Shown here piece after piece: positions 24,731 to 38,763 of a DNA stretch of 64,000 nt. Under the pieces are notes generated by a model that saw only the letters and a program-made list of their open reading frames with translations, was not told the DNA's origin and searched no databases. The translations under genes were made by a program, and so were the position numbers. Numbering within the stretch: the first letter of the stretch is position 1; each line of letters starts with the position of its first letter. This DNA is from Mytilus trossulus (lineage: Eukaryota), in assembly GCF_036588685.1 (NCBI RefSeq), contig NC_086380.1, positions 50,220,001 to 50,284,000 of the forward strand, given 5' to 3'.

Positions 24731-27700
24731 AGAATGAATGAACAGTGCAATATCGTGTATAACCGATAAGCTAGAGTTTCAACTCAAAGGTAATACATGT
24801 AGGTAAGAGACATATTCAAATAAGAGATAATTGTTACGAAATAAAAGAAATTCACGACCTCTGTGCACAGAACGTGTGGTTTTGATTTTTTTTTATATGC
24901 TAAGTTTTTCAATTTATATTCATAACACATACTAGCTCAACTTTAATTCAATGAGTTATTAGTTAGTTGAACAAACGATGCATAATTGTCTTCTATTTCA
25001 TTTTTAAATAAACTGCTTGAATCCTCCCCATTTTTCGCTTACTGCATTAAAACATGATGATGTCATTTGATTACGACCTTTTTAGTGAAAGGCACCCAGT
25101 AATACAAAAGAAATAAAAAGCTATTACTAGGCTGATCAACTTTAACGCTTTTTAATGTTATGTTCATTCTTTGTTCTGAATACATTTTAATATGACTTCG
25201 CAGTGAAATGGTATCTGTTTTGTTCTATGTCAGTTGTATATACATAATATAATACGAAATAAAAAGTAAAATAACTGAGCCTTATCAAATGGCAAAATCA
25301 AAAGCTTAAACACATCAAACGAATGAGAAACAACTGTCATATTCCTGACTTGGTATTAACATTTCCTTGTGAAGAAAATGGCGGATTAAACTTGAATTTA
25401 CAGCTAGCTAACCTATGACGGGTAGCAGCTGTAAGCTCTTAGAAACCGAATGAGTTGGGAAATGTATTTCCAATATTCAGGTAAAGATGGTATATTGCTA
25501 CTAAAGTGAAGGGAATTTTGATTTCAAAATTAAATCGTCTCGTTTGCAATAGATTATGTTACTATGATGACTGCGTATGTCAAATTCGAGGTATAAGTTT
25601 TAAAAAATAAGTTTCAATATCTTTCTCTTTATATCGTTTAAATTTTAATTTTAAATAATAAAAACATTTACTGAGTGGCATTTAAAATAACTTATTGCGC
25701 AAACAATAAGGCAATTTTTTTTTATAAAAAGGAAAAATTTATCAATTTTAAACAATCTGAACAACAGTTTAGTATCTTATATCGGATATACATTATATTT
25801 TGTAAAAACAACCTTTTCTGCTGTCGATAACTACATGTATGTAAATCAAATTTCGGTTCATGATTTCTATTAAAATAAATATTTTTTATACCAAACTGGG
25901 AATTGAACTAATGAACGCCAACTCTCGCAGTGAATTTGTACTATCGATAAATAAATAAAAACAGATTGAACAGGTAACTCTAAACACTTGAAAAGAAAAT
26001 TAATATACATGTAGCAAAAAATCATAGGAAGAAAATAGCAAAAAGGAATTTAAAAATAATGGAACGATAATGATAAATGTTTCTTTAGGTTTTTATTCGT
26101 TTTTTTTATTTATTTATTTGTTTCGTTACGAGTAGATTATTTTCATCAGTTTTGTTTTAGATTGAAGTAAGTATTTTTAGTTTTTTCGCTACACTGACAA
26201 TTATTTCATCAAATATTATGAATTAATCGTCGTCTAGGGATATATATATATCACTTCCAACTTTAAAAAAAGGTCGATCTGTAAATATAAGACTTGTAGC
26301 AATCTATCTAATCAATATGTATTGCGGATTTCTCCATGTTTAATTTGTGAAGGTAGCTAATGAAAGAAAATAAATGTGGGATCTACATCAATGATAGTAA
26401 GATAACTACATACACTATTCACAAAGACATACTTTGAATAAATGGAAATCAATGATTACACTCTTAGACAGAGATATTTTGAAAAATGAATAAATGAACA
26501 GTTGGGACAAACATTTATGTGATATGATTTATGAAACAATCACTTTTAAATATATAACAGAGCAAAACTTAGAAATATAATTGTTGGAATGTTTTGATAA
26601 ATATAGATGTTGTGTGGTTCCAAATTCCAACACGATGATTTTTTTACTGCTGTTTTGAAGAAATATGTTCCGTTAACTGTTATTGACTAATTAGCTGTAA
26701 CTAAATTCATAAAATTGACATTGTTGTGAACTGTTATTATTAAGAAATTCTTTGACCCCTGTTTATTTTTTTTTTTTTTTTTTTTTTTTTAAAATCACTT
26801 TTTTCTGTTTTATAATATTTATGACCCCTTTTGTAGACATGTGCATTACTAAATTTGCAAACTGCAATAGTATCAAAATAGCAAAGATAATGAATAATAG
26901 AGATTGTCCATTTTTGTACGTATACTAAGGAAAACTTCATGCAAAGCATTATTAATTATAATGTCATTGCATTTTTAAATAGAAAAGTTTTTTTTTGTGG
27001 CAAATAAAACATAGATTTTTGTAGAAAGTCCACAAGATTTTGGTTATGAAATTTAAAACATATATAACTCACCTGATTTTCTATGATAAGAACAGTTTTA
27101 TTTAAGATATGATGTGATAGTGTTTATTGTTTTAAAAAATCCTAAACAATATTTAAGTTAAAAAAAAAACCTCGTGATGAGTCAGTAAGGTCAAGAGCAT
27201 CGTGTAATTGAATTGGTCCATATTTATATTTGTTTTAACCAATATCTAGCTTTTAGTGTTGTCAAATCGTACACTTTTGCCTAAACGGTTACTCGGATAA
27301 TCGTTCGACCGATTAACCGGTTAACCGGTATAGTTTAAATTCGGGTTTAAAAGCCTTATCATAAGTAACCTACACATAGATATAACATGTGGTATGAGTG
27401 TCAATTTGACAACCTTTCATCCAAGTATTAATTTACGCTTTTAGAATTGACTATTGTCCTTTGGCATTATAAGGCTTGTCTTTGAGGATTTTAATTATCA
27501 AATAGACCGTATCAACTATAGCGTCCGTACCAACTTCAGATTGAAAAATAAAAAAACAACCTTCTTGATCCCGTTGAATTGAATATGTTTGAAACCGATT
27601 CTTTCCTTTTCTCTTGTTGTCTCCGAAAATAATCTGAAGTGTTTCAATTTGAAATGATTAATTATATAAAAAAAGAAGATGTGGTATGATTGCCAATGAG

Positions 27701-30700
27701 GCAATTCTCCACAAGAGATCAAAATGACACAAAAATTAATAAATTTTGGTCGTTGTATGACTTTCTCTTTGGTCTGTTTCCTTGTTTCTTTAAGCATGTT
27801 ACTCGAAATATCACGTATCACGTTTATGTATATGGCTCTGATCTGGCTGTAGATTAACATCTAAGAAATAGTTAAATTCATTTTTATGATTTATGTCATC
27901 ATTATTTATAACAATTATAAAAATCATTGAAATAAATTACTTTGCTCTTTAAAGGCCCTTTAATTTGGAATAAAAATATCTTATCTTATCTTATCTTATA
28001 CATTGAGTACATTCCCATTGGTTTGCATTTCACAATTTCTGAGTTAGCATTTCGTTTAAAGTAAGACCAAGCCTTTAACATTTAGATGTAGGTCTGCAAA
28101 TGAGTTACTTTTTGGCGCAAAAAGATATCGCCCACTGATTAAAAGTTACTGTTAAAAAATATGTATACTAAATATGATCCTGCCCCGAGCTGAGAGACAA
28201 CTTGAAGTTCTAATTAATTGTATGTTTTTAGGATTAACAATAGCAATCAATTTACTGGACAATTGATCTGTCTAATTTAATACCACGACGACAACTTTTA
28301 AATAAAAAATAACTCTTTAACATATTTAATGCAATTCAAAATTTATATCAAATCTACCAAAATTGATAAAAAAAGTCCGGTTAACCGGTTAGCGATTTTT
28401 TGTTTTAATTATTTTTGTGTGTTTTACGTTCAGAGACACATTGATGTAAAATGCACGATCTCGTAGTGCTAAATGTGGTTAATTATAAATAATTAGAAAT
28501 ACATAAGAAATGAGGAAAACTCAACATTACCTTTTGTGCATTTTGTGGGTAACTCCATTTTGATACAACGAAAACACTGAGTGGGAAAATATTTTATCGA
28601 TTACTTCTCTTTGTTTTTCACTCATCATGTTATTTATAACTTTCTTTTTACGCATCATAGATTGATTGTTGTTTGATTTACGTCCAGATGCAAATTAATC
28701 ATAAACATTTTTTTGAAAGAGTAAATACTGTCTATCAGTAAAATATCAGAAAAGTGGAAAAAGAAACGAAACAGTTCGCGCATTGCGTGTTTTAAGACTC
28801 TTTTTAAACAATAAAACAAACGTTAAAAAAGTTTTTTTTTCGATTATTTATATGCATATATATGATCAAATATCATGATGAGCTGTAAGTACAATATATA
28901 TAAAATGAGAAAAGTAAAAAAATAATAATTTGTATGATAATTTGTTGAATCATGAAGAAAATATTGGTATATAGATGTTAGATTCTACTTGTTAATATTA
29001 ATTTAGTTGTGTCGGTATTTCCTTAGATTTTACTCATGAAGCCGTAATTCTAAGTCTGTCTTATGCATATAGAAAATATTCAAAAATGAGGTGTTTCAAT
29101 CATCAACATGTGCAAGTTCAGTGTATATAGAGTGCGAATCCTGACATATAATTTTTACTGTAACTGTCATATATTTTAATGTAGATTGATAAACAAACAG
29201 ACGATAAATTCTGTTTTGGATTATCGCGACTACATACATCCATATGTCAAACTGAACACACATCTGTAAATGTAACGAAAAGTTCGCAAACAGAGCGTGT
29301 GGAAGATTTAAAAACAGGCCTTAAGTTTTATTTTCAGAAAAAAAGTACCTTTTAACATAGTTATTAATGTTGTATAACTTAAAATGTTTTGTCATTCAGT
29401 TTTGGATTTAATTCTATTATACTGATAACGTTATGAGGGTGGTTCATGTTTACTGTCAAGTAATGATACTAAACTTTCATTGTCACTGTAGGGGCGATTC
29501 ATTTCTAATGTATATGCGATGCATTTTCATAGAAAGAAATTTATTGATTTTCTTCAGATAAAACCTTTATTCAGACGACTCACTAACAAACTTAATAAAT
29601 TCAGGATTTTATTACATATGGTTACTTTATGATTACAAAAATGAGGTGGTGATACATCAATGAATTCAGTAAAAATAGCATTTATTGCTTAAAAAAATCA
29701 ATTTTGTGTCCCTAATAGTTTGTCTGGATCTATATGTATTGTCAAATTTATCCAGTTTTTCAGTTTGGGTTTATATCTAAGGTGCATTACATCTCATACC
29801 GATGCAACGTTATCTGTGCGTATATCTTTGGCAGAATAGATTACACTGGACCTACATATCACGCTTGGATGAACAAATATTCATGTATTTTATACTACAG
29901 TATATTTTTGAATCATTTACACGTTAATAGCCACCTCACCGAAAATCTTTGAATATGCAATATATAAACACCTTAATACGGTCATATGATCTTCATGTGA
30001 CTCTGATGTCGCAAACCTATCTGACCTTAATGTGACACTGACCTTTTCCCTCAAGATAACAGTACTGGAATTCTCAGAAATTGGATTGCAATAAGGCTCT
30101 CCCGATTTGTGGGCTTCTCTTACTCCAGTAATTCATGTTTCACGTGAGACACATACGAAATTTAGTTGTTTTTAATTTTCATCATGAAGTGTTAGGAATG
30201 TCAAATGTTAAGTATTAATGCTTTCTTACTAAAAAAAAAACACCAAAAGATTGGTAGAAACAGTATATTATTTTCTGATCGATTTTTATACCAACAAACG
30301 GTATGTAACTACATGTATGGTGGATAAACAAAACGAACGTACATAAAAAAAATCGAAGAACGGTGTCGAACTCACACCCGGAATCAACAGTTACTGTACA
30401 CTGTGTATACGCAAGTAAGCATCTACGATTAGTTTGCATAGTAAATTGTACATATCATCAATATCAAAATCATTTAATGACTATTTTCTGTTTATGCATT
30501 TCAAATTATCATATAAAACAACATTGAAAATGAATCGCAACTCCAAAACTCCCACGTCAGAAATGATAGCACTTACACTGATAATACGTCGCACTTATAA
30601 TTAAAATGAATCGCATTCAATAATTGATATAATAAAAATCGGCTGCTTCAATAGCACATTTGGTAACTATTATCTTGTTATTGCATATTAAAAAGTCATA

Positions 30701-31168
30701 TTTAAATGAAATTGTGTAAAAATAAAAATTGAAATAGATTATTTTGTTTTTTCAAAAAGGAAACAAACGCATTTTCCCCCGTCATCCTTCAATCTACAAT
30801 AGTAATACTCGCGAATGACAGTGAAAATGAACTATCTGAAATCGCACTGTGTATACACTGTAAGTTTATTCATTCTAATTGTTTTAAGAAGAATAAAACG
30901 AAGGCAATTAAACTAGACAAGTAAGGTCATCCAAGTATAAACAACTATCTGGAAGAAACAGACAAGTTGAACGATATGCATACGTTATCATTCTTCTTGT
31001 TTTTAATACAATGCTTATGCTTGATTCTCGATATTTTTAAGTATATTCGGTATTCTGATTATATAAGCAATACTTTGTGGACATTCAATTTGAATTTACT
31101 TTCCTATGATAAAGTACTATTACCGACTGCAAACTGTTGACTATTTTAGCAAATATAACACTTCATAC

Positions 31169-31270
31169 CTTATTTTTTTCCGCTGGATCTATGGTTGTTC
31201 TTTCTAATAACAGTTTGAATAATTCTGTATTTCCTCTTTGAACAGCTAAATGTAAAAGAGTGTCACCGTC
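31169..31270 (-). CDS. ANK-Roc gene, ankyrin exon 10, variant A
   Basis: Identical to 51639-51740, intact AG/GT. Confidence 0.88.
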
Positions 31271-32433
31271 CTGAAACAGAAAAGTTGAATAGTTCACAGT
31301 ACTTACACGTATCTTACAATGTTTGCATATAAGTCACTCCTTTGATAACTCTGCAACTTGATACAATCTAAGTTTATTATACACGCAGACTTATGAACAC
31401 AAGTTTTACACCAGCAATTGTGGATTCATAAGTCGACCTGAAACCGGCAACACAATTGAAAAGAGAATAAAACGACAAAAAGACAGACAACTACCTACGA
31501 CAAACTACAAAGAGAACAGAAAAAATAAACAACACGAACCTCAAAATCTTTTCATTTGCAACATTAAATAACATTTTGAAAAAAAACCAATATGAAATGA
31601 ACGAAAGGCTATTTATTATGAATGCATATACACATTTATGTTAAACTGTTTGCAAACGAATAAAAAAGACACGCTATATTTTTTGACAAAACATACATCT
31701 TGAATAGAAATTTTGGTAAACAAAATGTTGGGTTCAAAATACCAACACATTTACTATGGCATAAGATTTTTTTCTGATTTTTGATATTTATAAACATTGC
31801 TATGTTTGGATTCTCTTCTGTACTCCTTATTTTTTTACTTATCAGGTTATTTATATTTGTCATGGCAGATACAAAGGAAAAGAAAGCAACTAAGCTACAT
31901 CCTGTACAAGATTGTCAAAATAAAAAATAAATGGCATATGAAAAATATATAGAGGTATGTCGATATCAATACGTTAACAATCTTTTGATTTGTCTGCATA
32001 TCTTCTGTTTTTTCCTTGACAACCTTATGTATATTGGGAAGGTTGGAAAAGAAAGTACCGGGAACATTATCTGTACATCAGATATGATATTTCTCATGAA
32101 TGTATAACTTATAATAATTTACTTCAAGCTTAAACTTATGAATGTACGCACAGAAGTTACCTTTTAATTTAGATAATGAATTGAACATCATACATAAATC
32201 TTTACTGCTGAAATTTCAAATAACCTCAGTTGCTACATACGGTTAATAATCAATGTTTGTAATACATGAGCATCAGGAATATTTGAGATAAAAATCTTTT
32301 TACAGACATTGCCCCCCGATGTCTTGAGAAATACCAAAACTTAAGAAAATCAGAAACCAAAGGTTTGGAGAATATTTGAAAGTCTTTCTCATAATTTGAT
32401 AGGAAAATATTCACTTTTGGTTTAATATGGTAA

Positions 32434-33398
32434 ATAAAGGCAACAGTAGTATACCGCTGTTCAAAACTCATAAATCCATGGACAAAAAACAAAATCGGGG
32501 CAACAAACCAAAACCGAGGGAAACGCATTAAATATAAGAGGAGAACAACGACACAACACCGAAACGCAACAGCACACAGAAACGGACCAAGCAACAGACA
32601 ATACACCACGAGAATAACAAATATAACATCAAAACCAAATACATGAATATGGGATAGACAAGTACCGTGCCACGTCTTATCTCAAAAATAAGAGAAAACA
32701 GAAACGACTCAACGTTAAAATGCAACACACACACAGAAACGAACAATATTATAACAATGGCCATCTTCCTGACTTGGTACAGGACACTTTTAAAGGGAAA
32801 TAAAAGTGGTGGGTTAAACCTGGTTTTAAGGCATGCCAAACCTCGCACTTTAATGGCACAGTTAAATATAACATTAAAATGAAAACAAAAAATTACAGGA
32901 CTACAATACAAATAAAAAGCAGAACATATTAGACAAAGAAAAGTATGATCAATAGATAACAAAAAGCATCAGGTTTAAAATTCAATACGCCAAAAACGCG
33001 TCTAGTCCACACGAGACTCACACCAGTGACGAAAAAAATACAAAATTGTACAGCACTGAAGATCAAAAGTTGAAAAGGTTTTGCCAAATACGGCATTGTT
33101 TGTATGCCCAGGATAAGAACATTCATATTATATAAAACAATTCACACTATTGCAAACAGTTAATTTTAACAAATGAATATGAAAGAGATATACATAATGA
33201 AACTGAAGTAAAAACGAATTACAGAAAACTAAACCCGAATACATAACGCCCAGATATACAAGATCGAAAGTGAAAAAAGTTCAAAGTTGTACAGCACTGA
33301 AGATCAAAAGTTGAAAAGGTTTTACTAAATACGGCATTGTATTATGCCCGGGATAAGAACCCTATTATATAGAACGATTCATGCTATTGTAATGCTAT
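32434..33398. mobile_element. About 965-bp composite retro-type insertion with degenerate hammerhead, unique to the first long repeat unit
   Basis: Empty site ATATG(G/A)TAATTCAGAT at about 39921-39936 and 52896-52911; same left end at 37078, 43606 and 59126; degenerate hammerhead at about 32986-33031. Confidence 0.75.
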
Positions 33399-34597
33399 GT
33401 AATTCAGATAATAAAAAAAAAGTGCTGTTTTCCAAATAAAAATGATTTATTTTTCCTTCGGATGAAATAAAGGTAGAAAGGTACTCCTTGTTTACAGAAT
33501 GTCACTTCTGGTTTCATTTGAATCTGATTACACAATGACTCTGACAAATAATTCAAAGTGCTTAAACATAAAAAAAAAATCAAAAATGGTTACTTTCGGT
33601 TTACTAAAGTTATTTTCTTGTTGACTTTCTCCAAGGTCATATTTCTGCAACCTGATGTAAAAGACCCTATGACTTTATAATGTACCAAACAGTAACAAAA
33701 ATACCAAACTCATAGAAATTTAAAAGCGGAAAGTCCAAAAGTTCAACCACACCAAACTCTGTAATAAGAAGTTACAGCGAATGTGTAAATCTAAAAAGTC
33801 AAACTAAACTTTGACCTTGACTTCAATTTCCAGGTTATATGACAATGACTATAAATTAAAAGAGACCCTTGCTCCTATATATTGTTAATGAGTTATATCA
33901 CCATACTCGTAATGTTTAACCTAAGGGAGGACTAAACTCTCATATGGAGTCTCCGGACAGCTTCAGTCCAATGATATTCCTAATCCTAAATATATAACGA
34001 GCAATTTGGTAACCCAAATTTGTCTTTTACGGTTTCGAAGGAGTAGTAGACACAAGAACAAACAGTGTTTGGGGAGATAACTCTTACAAACAAAATTGCT
34101 CGGTTAAACATTGACATTTTAAAAAGCGCATAAACTGTTCGATATCATATAAGAAAAAAAAATAACAATCAGAACAAAAGCAATAGGACTTTCTATGGAA
34201 AAGTAGAAATATCTAATAATCAGAACAAAAGCAAAAGGTCTTTCCACGGAAAAGTTCAAATACGGTAACTATGTTAATCGTACCCAACTTATTAAAATTT
34301 CAACAGAGAAACCCATGGATCTGGTTATGTATGGTACATGTTTAGACTTTCGACTAGCAGACTATCTTCTATTAAGATTGTTATCATCAGAATCACGATT
34401 CAAAACTTAAATTCTACTAATTAGCTTTCATTCGAAATATTTAACATCGAGTGTACCAATGTTTTTATATCCAATTGTTTTCCATTTAACCACCTACAAC
34501 AACTATATATCGCTTCTTGAAACAAATAAATACAAGAGTCTATTCTATTTGCCCAGTTTTAAGAACAAACGTCTCACCAGATGTCAAAATTAATTGA

Positions 34598-37546
34598 TGA
34601 AATGCAAATGACTGAATATGTGGTTCAGACATAACAAACGGTTTTACAACCTTATACCTATTTCTATTTAAATGTGTAGTTGTTTCCATATATAATGCAC
34701 TATTTTGCCCTAAGAAAACTATCACAGGGGTAAAAAACTAATTTATAACTTACGACTCAATCCCCAATATATATCAAATGAATACAAACAAAATGTTATA
34801 TAATTGCATTTTGCTATCAAATGCTACAAAATGTAGCGTCCCATTCGCCTAGGGTAGGATATTCTACCTCAAATAACAATGTACGTGTAAGACATGAAAA
34901 GCCAACCGATACTATAAATGATCAATAAAAGCAGCTTTATTAAAAGCTAATATTATTAGTAACGGTTATTAACTAGTAAAAAAAAATTGAATGTGTGTTA
35001 AATAAATTTCAGTTTGCGCAAAATAATCAAATAACAAAAACTGTCAAAATCAGCTTCTCAATCAAGTCTGTACTCTGAAATGAATCAAGTCAATCGATAC
35101 ACTCGATATATAGAACGTATGAACACAAATGTGAAAGTAAAAAACCCAAATGGCATTATAGTTGACAAGTCGGATTTTAGATAATTCTTACAAGTTAAAA
35201 GGCTAAATATGGATTGAATAAGATGCAGTAATGGCATCTGAATTATGTAATTATGTTGTAGATAGGAAGGATCAAACCGCAAAATAAGCAATTATGCCAA
35301 AGTGGATATAAGTGTGACCAGTTTCGCTGTAAAATATACGCCGATAATGAATGACTGAAGGCTAATGTAAAAGTATTACTATAAATAATCGTGTAACCAC
35401 ACTGTCTATCTTTAAGAAAAAAACTATTTATGTTCCAAGATATGATATCAAATAGAATTGCATTCTCCAATTGCAACATCTAACAGAATAAATGCGAAAA
35501 AAAAATCACAATAAATGTCTATCATTCATTTAACAATCCAATATATATAAATTCCTTTTTTTTGCAAATAGAATTAAACTACACACACAAAAATTATAAA
35601 TTTTTTTTGTAAATGAGTCCAATTTCTGTTTCCTTATTTATTAATTTACTTTGGGATCTTCTCCCTTTCCTCTGTTTTTAAATAGATGATTTTTTTTTAT
35701 CTAATATCATGGTTCTCTGAAGTCCTATAGTATGCATTTTTGTAAATATTGACAATGTATTTTCCCATAGGAGTTCCCTTTTTGGCTTAAACTGTAACAC
35801 TTTTACTATGAAGTTTTGAAAAAAATCATATCCTAGAATGGAAAGTTCATATACACTTCTATTTTTGCAAAGATAAAATAATAGGACTGTGCGGTATATT
35901 TTCAACGTGTATATGCCCCGAACTTCTAAGAATTCAAACTTACACTAAATTTCTTAACTACCCCTAACTCGACTGTAGTGTTACAACAGATTTAAATATA
36001 AACAATATTCACATGTAAATATACTGGTAAACAAAATTTATTATCTATTAATAAATAAATTTGGTGTATTTACTGTCTTCCGATTGGTTAAAAGTATGAC
36101 TTTTATTTTCAATGTTGTCAATTTTTATGGCGAAACGCCCACTCTGACGTTGCGTATTCATACGCAAACATGTGTGTACGTTGTTATTGTTAATATGAAT
36201 AATATAAAAAGTTCTTTGAGTCTTATGTTTGAAAGAAATTTATTTTTAAAGAATTTTATGGTTCAATAAATTCAAAAAAAAAAAATATTGCAATTCATTA
36301 AATATTCCAAATCTCCTAAAAAAAGGCGTGGTTTGATAAACATCTGTATTTACAAAAGGCAACCTCTACAAACATTTATACAAATAGAAAACTCTCTAAA
36401 AACACTTTTTCTCACATAAATACTCACTTACAAAAATTATTGCCTTAAGGAAATCACTACATAGAATCTGAGTTTTCTTTGACTGTACATTTAATGTCTC
36501 CTCCAATGTTTTGATTTTTTAGAGAATTTGAAAGAAAATTTTAATTATTGCCAGCCTACCCTATTTGCATGTTTTCTGACATAAAACATGTAAAATGGCT
36601 AGAACCGGTTTACAACTGTTCTAATAACATATTGAAAATATTTTAGAATATTGTAAATGTAATGTTTAGAAGTAAATCATTCCAACATTCAATATTATAT
36701 AAATTATCCAATCTTGTCCTAGTTCCCTGTCCACATCTTACTGTATGCCTATTTGTCAATAAAAAATCACATTTTCTGGCTCAAATGGTCAGTTAAGAAT
36801 TCTTGTCACAACAGTATTATCTGTAACCATATATCTGACACAGTTTTAACTAATATATGAACTAGAAGGGTTAAAACAAAGTCATATTTGCAATAGTTGT
36901 ATGTATGCAAAGACCAGTCTGATGTATAAATTCATGAAATGTTATAGAGATGACTTCTAACATCTGATTTTTGCATAACTTCCAAGCACAATTATTGGTT
37001 TCTATAGAGAACCCTTTAAAATCATAAAATCATTGCATTTACAAGCTAAATTATTTGTTTTATGACCCAGGGGGTAGATAAAGGCAACAGTAGTATACCG
37101 CTGTTCAAAACTCATGAATCCATGGAAAAAAACAAAATCGGGTTAACAAACTAAAACCGAGGGAATTTTACGGCAATTTTCTCTGTCCCCCCCCCCCTTT
37201 TTAGGGCCTCAAATTCCCTAAATTGTTTTGCTGTTTCTAGCAATATGGAAAATTTAGTACATATTCAGGATAGAACACACTATTGTCAGTTTTGCCGATA
37301 TATTTTTTTATATTTCCAGCTTGTATTTTTGTATGCCACGGTGACAAAAAAGCTGATTTAGGTGTTCATGATATTTATTGGGATCGAGTCTTAAGTTATA
37401 AATTAGTTTCTTACCCCTGTGGTAGTTTTCCTAGGGCAAAACAGTGCATTATATATGGAAACAACTACACATTTAAATAGAAATAAATATAAGGCTGTAA
37501 AACCGTTTGTTATGTCTGAACCACATATTCAGTCATGTGCATTTCA
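34598..37546. repeat. About 185-bp inverted repeat pair (34598-34785 and 37362-37546), duplicated at 41125-44073
   Basis: TGACTGAATATGTGGTTCAGACATAACAAACGGTTTTACA is matched by its reverse complement at about 37496-37535. Confidence 0.8.
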
Positions 37547-37689
37547 AGCAGTCGAATGTACCTAATGTATAGTTGATTGGAAATCATAGTTATTTATGGC
37601 CACACAATGTGTTTAAATATTTTGCAAATTTTGTACACATGAATTAATTGTGAAATAAACATGAATTTTACGTTTATCGAGCTTATACA

Positions 37690-37768
37690 CGTAATTCACG
37701 TGAATTTCACGTGAAAAACTGATTCACGTGAATTTCACGTTAAATTTTTCATGTGAAATTCACATGAA
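37690..37768. repeat. Palindromic TTCACGTGAA cluster (copy at about 44217-44295)
   Basis: Three exact TTCACGTGAA plus degenerate units. Confidence 0.75.
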
Positions 37769-38661
37769 TCGAGATATTTTTGTTTTAAAGAAATTAAAGT
37801 GAATTCAGCCTCAATCACACAAATTTCACAGGATTGAGCTTATTAAAGTAAGTCAGTTCTAAGGTAATTCAAATTCTGTTTTGATATATATAAGCATGAA
37901 TACTATTCTTATTGGTCTTGATCATGTGTTCATACTTGCATTCTATTTTACTTTCTTGTATCCAAAATGTTTTGGTCTTAAACAAAGTCAAAAAACTGCA
38001 TCAGAGGCTATAAATAATAACCAGGGCTTTTTAGTTCACTCCGAGAACTTTTTGGGTTGTATGCGAGTATCAATCATTTTGTTGTGAATGATTTATGGAC
38101 TGTGATCATTCATAGAAGATATTTGCACTGATGTATTATTGATTTGAGTTGATTTTCATAATGTATGTACAAGTCATATTGTGTGGTCATCAGTTTTGGC
38201 AGAAACCAATCAAAAACGATTGAAATAAATTATTTTGTATTTTCAAAAAGGAAAAAAAACGCATTTTTTTCCAATCATACTTTTTTCTACAATAGTAATA
38301 CTGGCGAATAACAGTGAAAATGAAATATCTGATTTCGCACTTTGTATACACTGTAAGTTTATTCATTCTAATTGTTTTAAGAATAATAACACGAAGGGAA
38401 TTTAACTAGACAAATAAGGTCTTCCAAGTAAAACAACTGTCTGGAAGAATCAGACAAGTTGACCCGATATGCAAACGTTATAATTCTTCTTGTTTTAATA
38501 CATAGCTTATGCTTTACCCATTGGTATTTTTAAGTATATTCGAGATTCTGATTACATTGGCAATACTCTGTGGACATTCAGTTTGAATTGTCTTTCAAAT
38601 AATAAAGTACTATTACCGACTGCAAACTGTTGACTATTTTAGCAAATATAACACTTCATAC

Positions 38662-38763
38662 CTTATTTTTTTCCGCTGGATCTATGGTTGTTCTTTCTAA
38701 TAACAGTTTGAATAATTCTGTATTTCCTCTTTGAACAGCTAAATGTAAAAGAGTGTCACCGTC
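38662..38763 (-). CDS. ANK-Roc gene, ankyrin exon 9, variant A
   Basis: Identical to 51639-51740, intact AG/GT; 6530 nt from exon 8. Confidence 0.85.

Noticed and set aside
27254-28391. Two CCGGTTAACCGGT palindromes 1.1 kb apart
   Set aside because: Possibly transposon subtermini, but no TIR or TSD could be defined
32010-32075. LRR-like peptide DNVPGTFFSNLPNIHK on the minus strand in the repeat units
   Set aside because: In-frame stop just upstream, no phase-compatible splice sites, motif not kept in the 2-kb variants
32250-33126. Overlapping hydrophobic ORFs of 65-144 aa
   Set aside because: Lie in an A-rich repeat insertion; composition artefact
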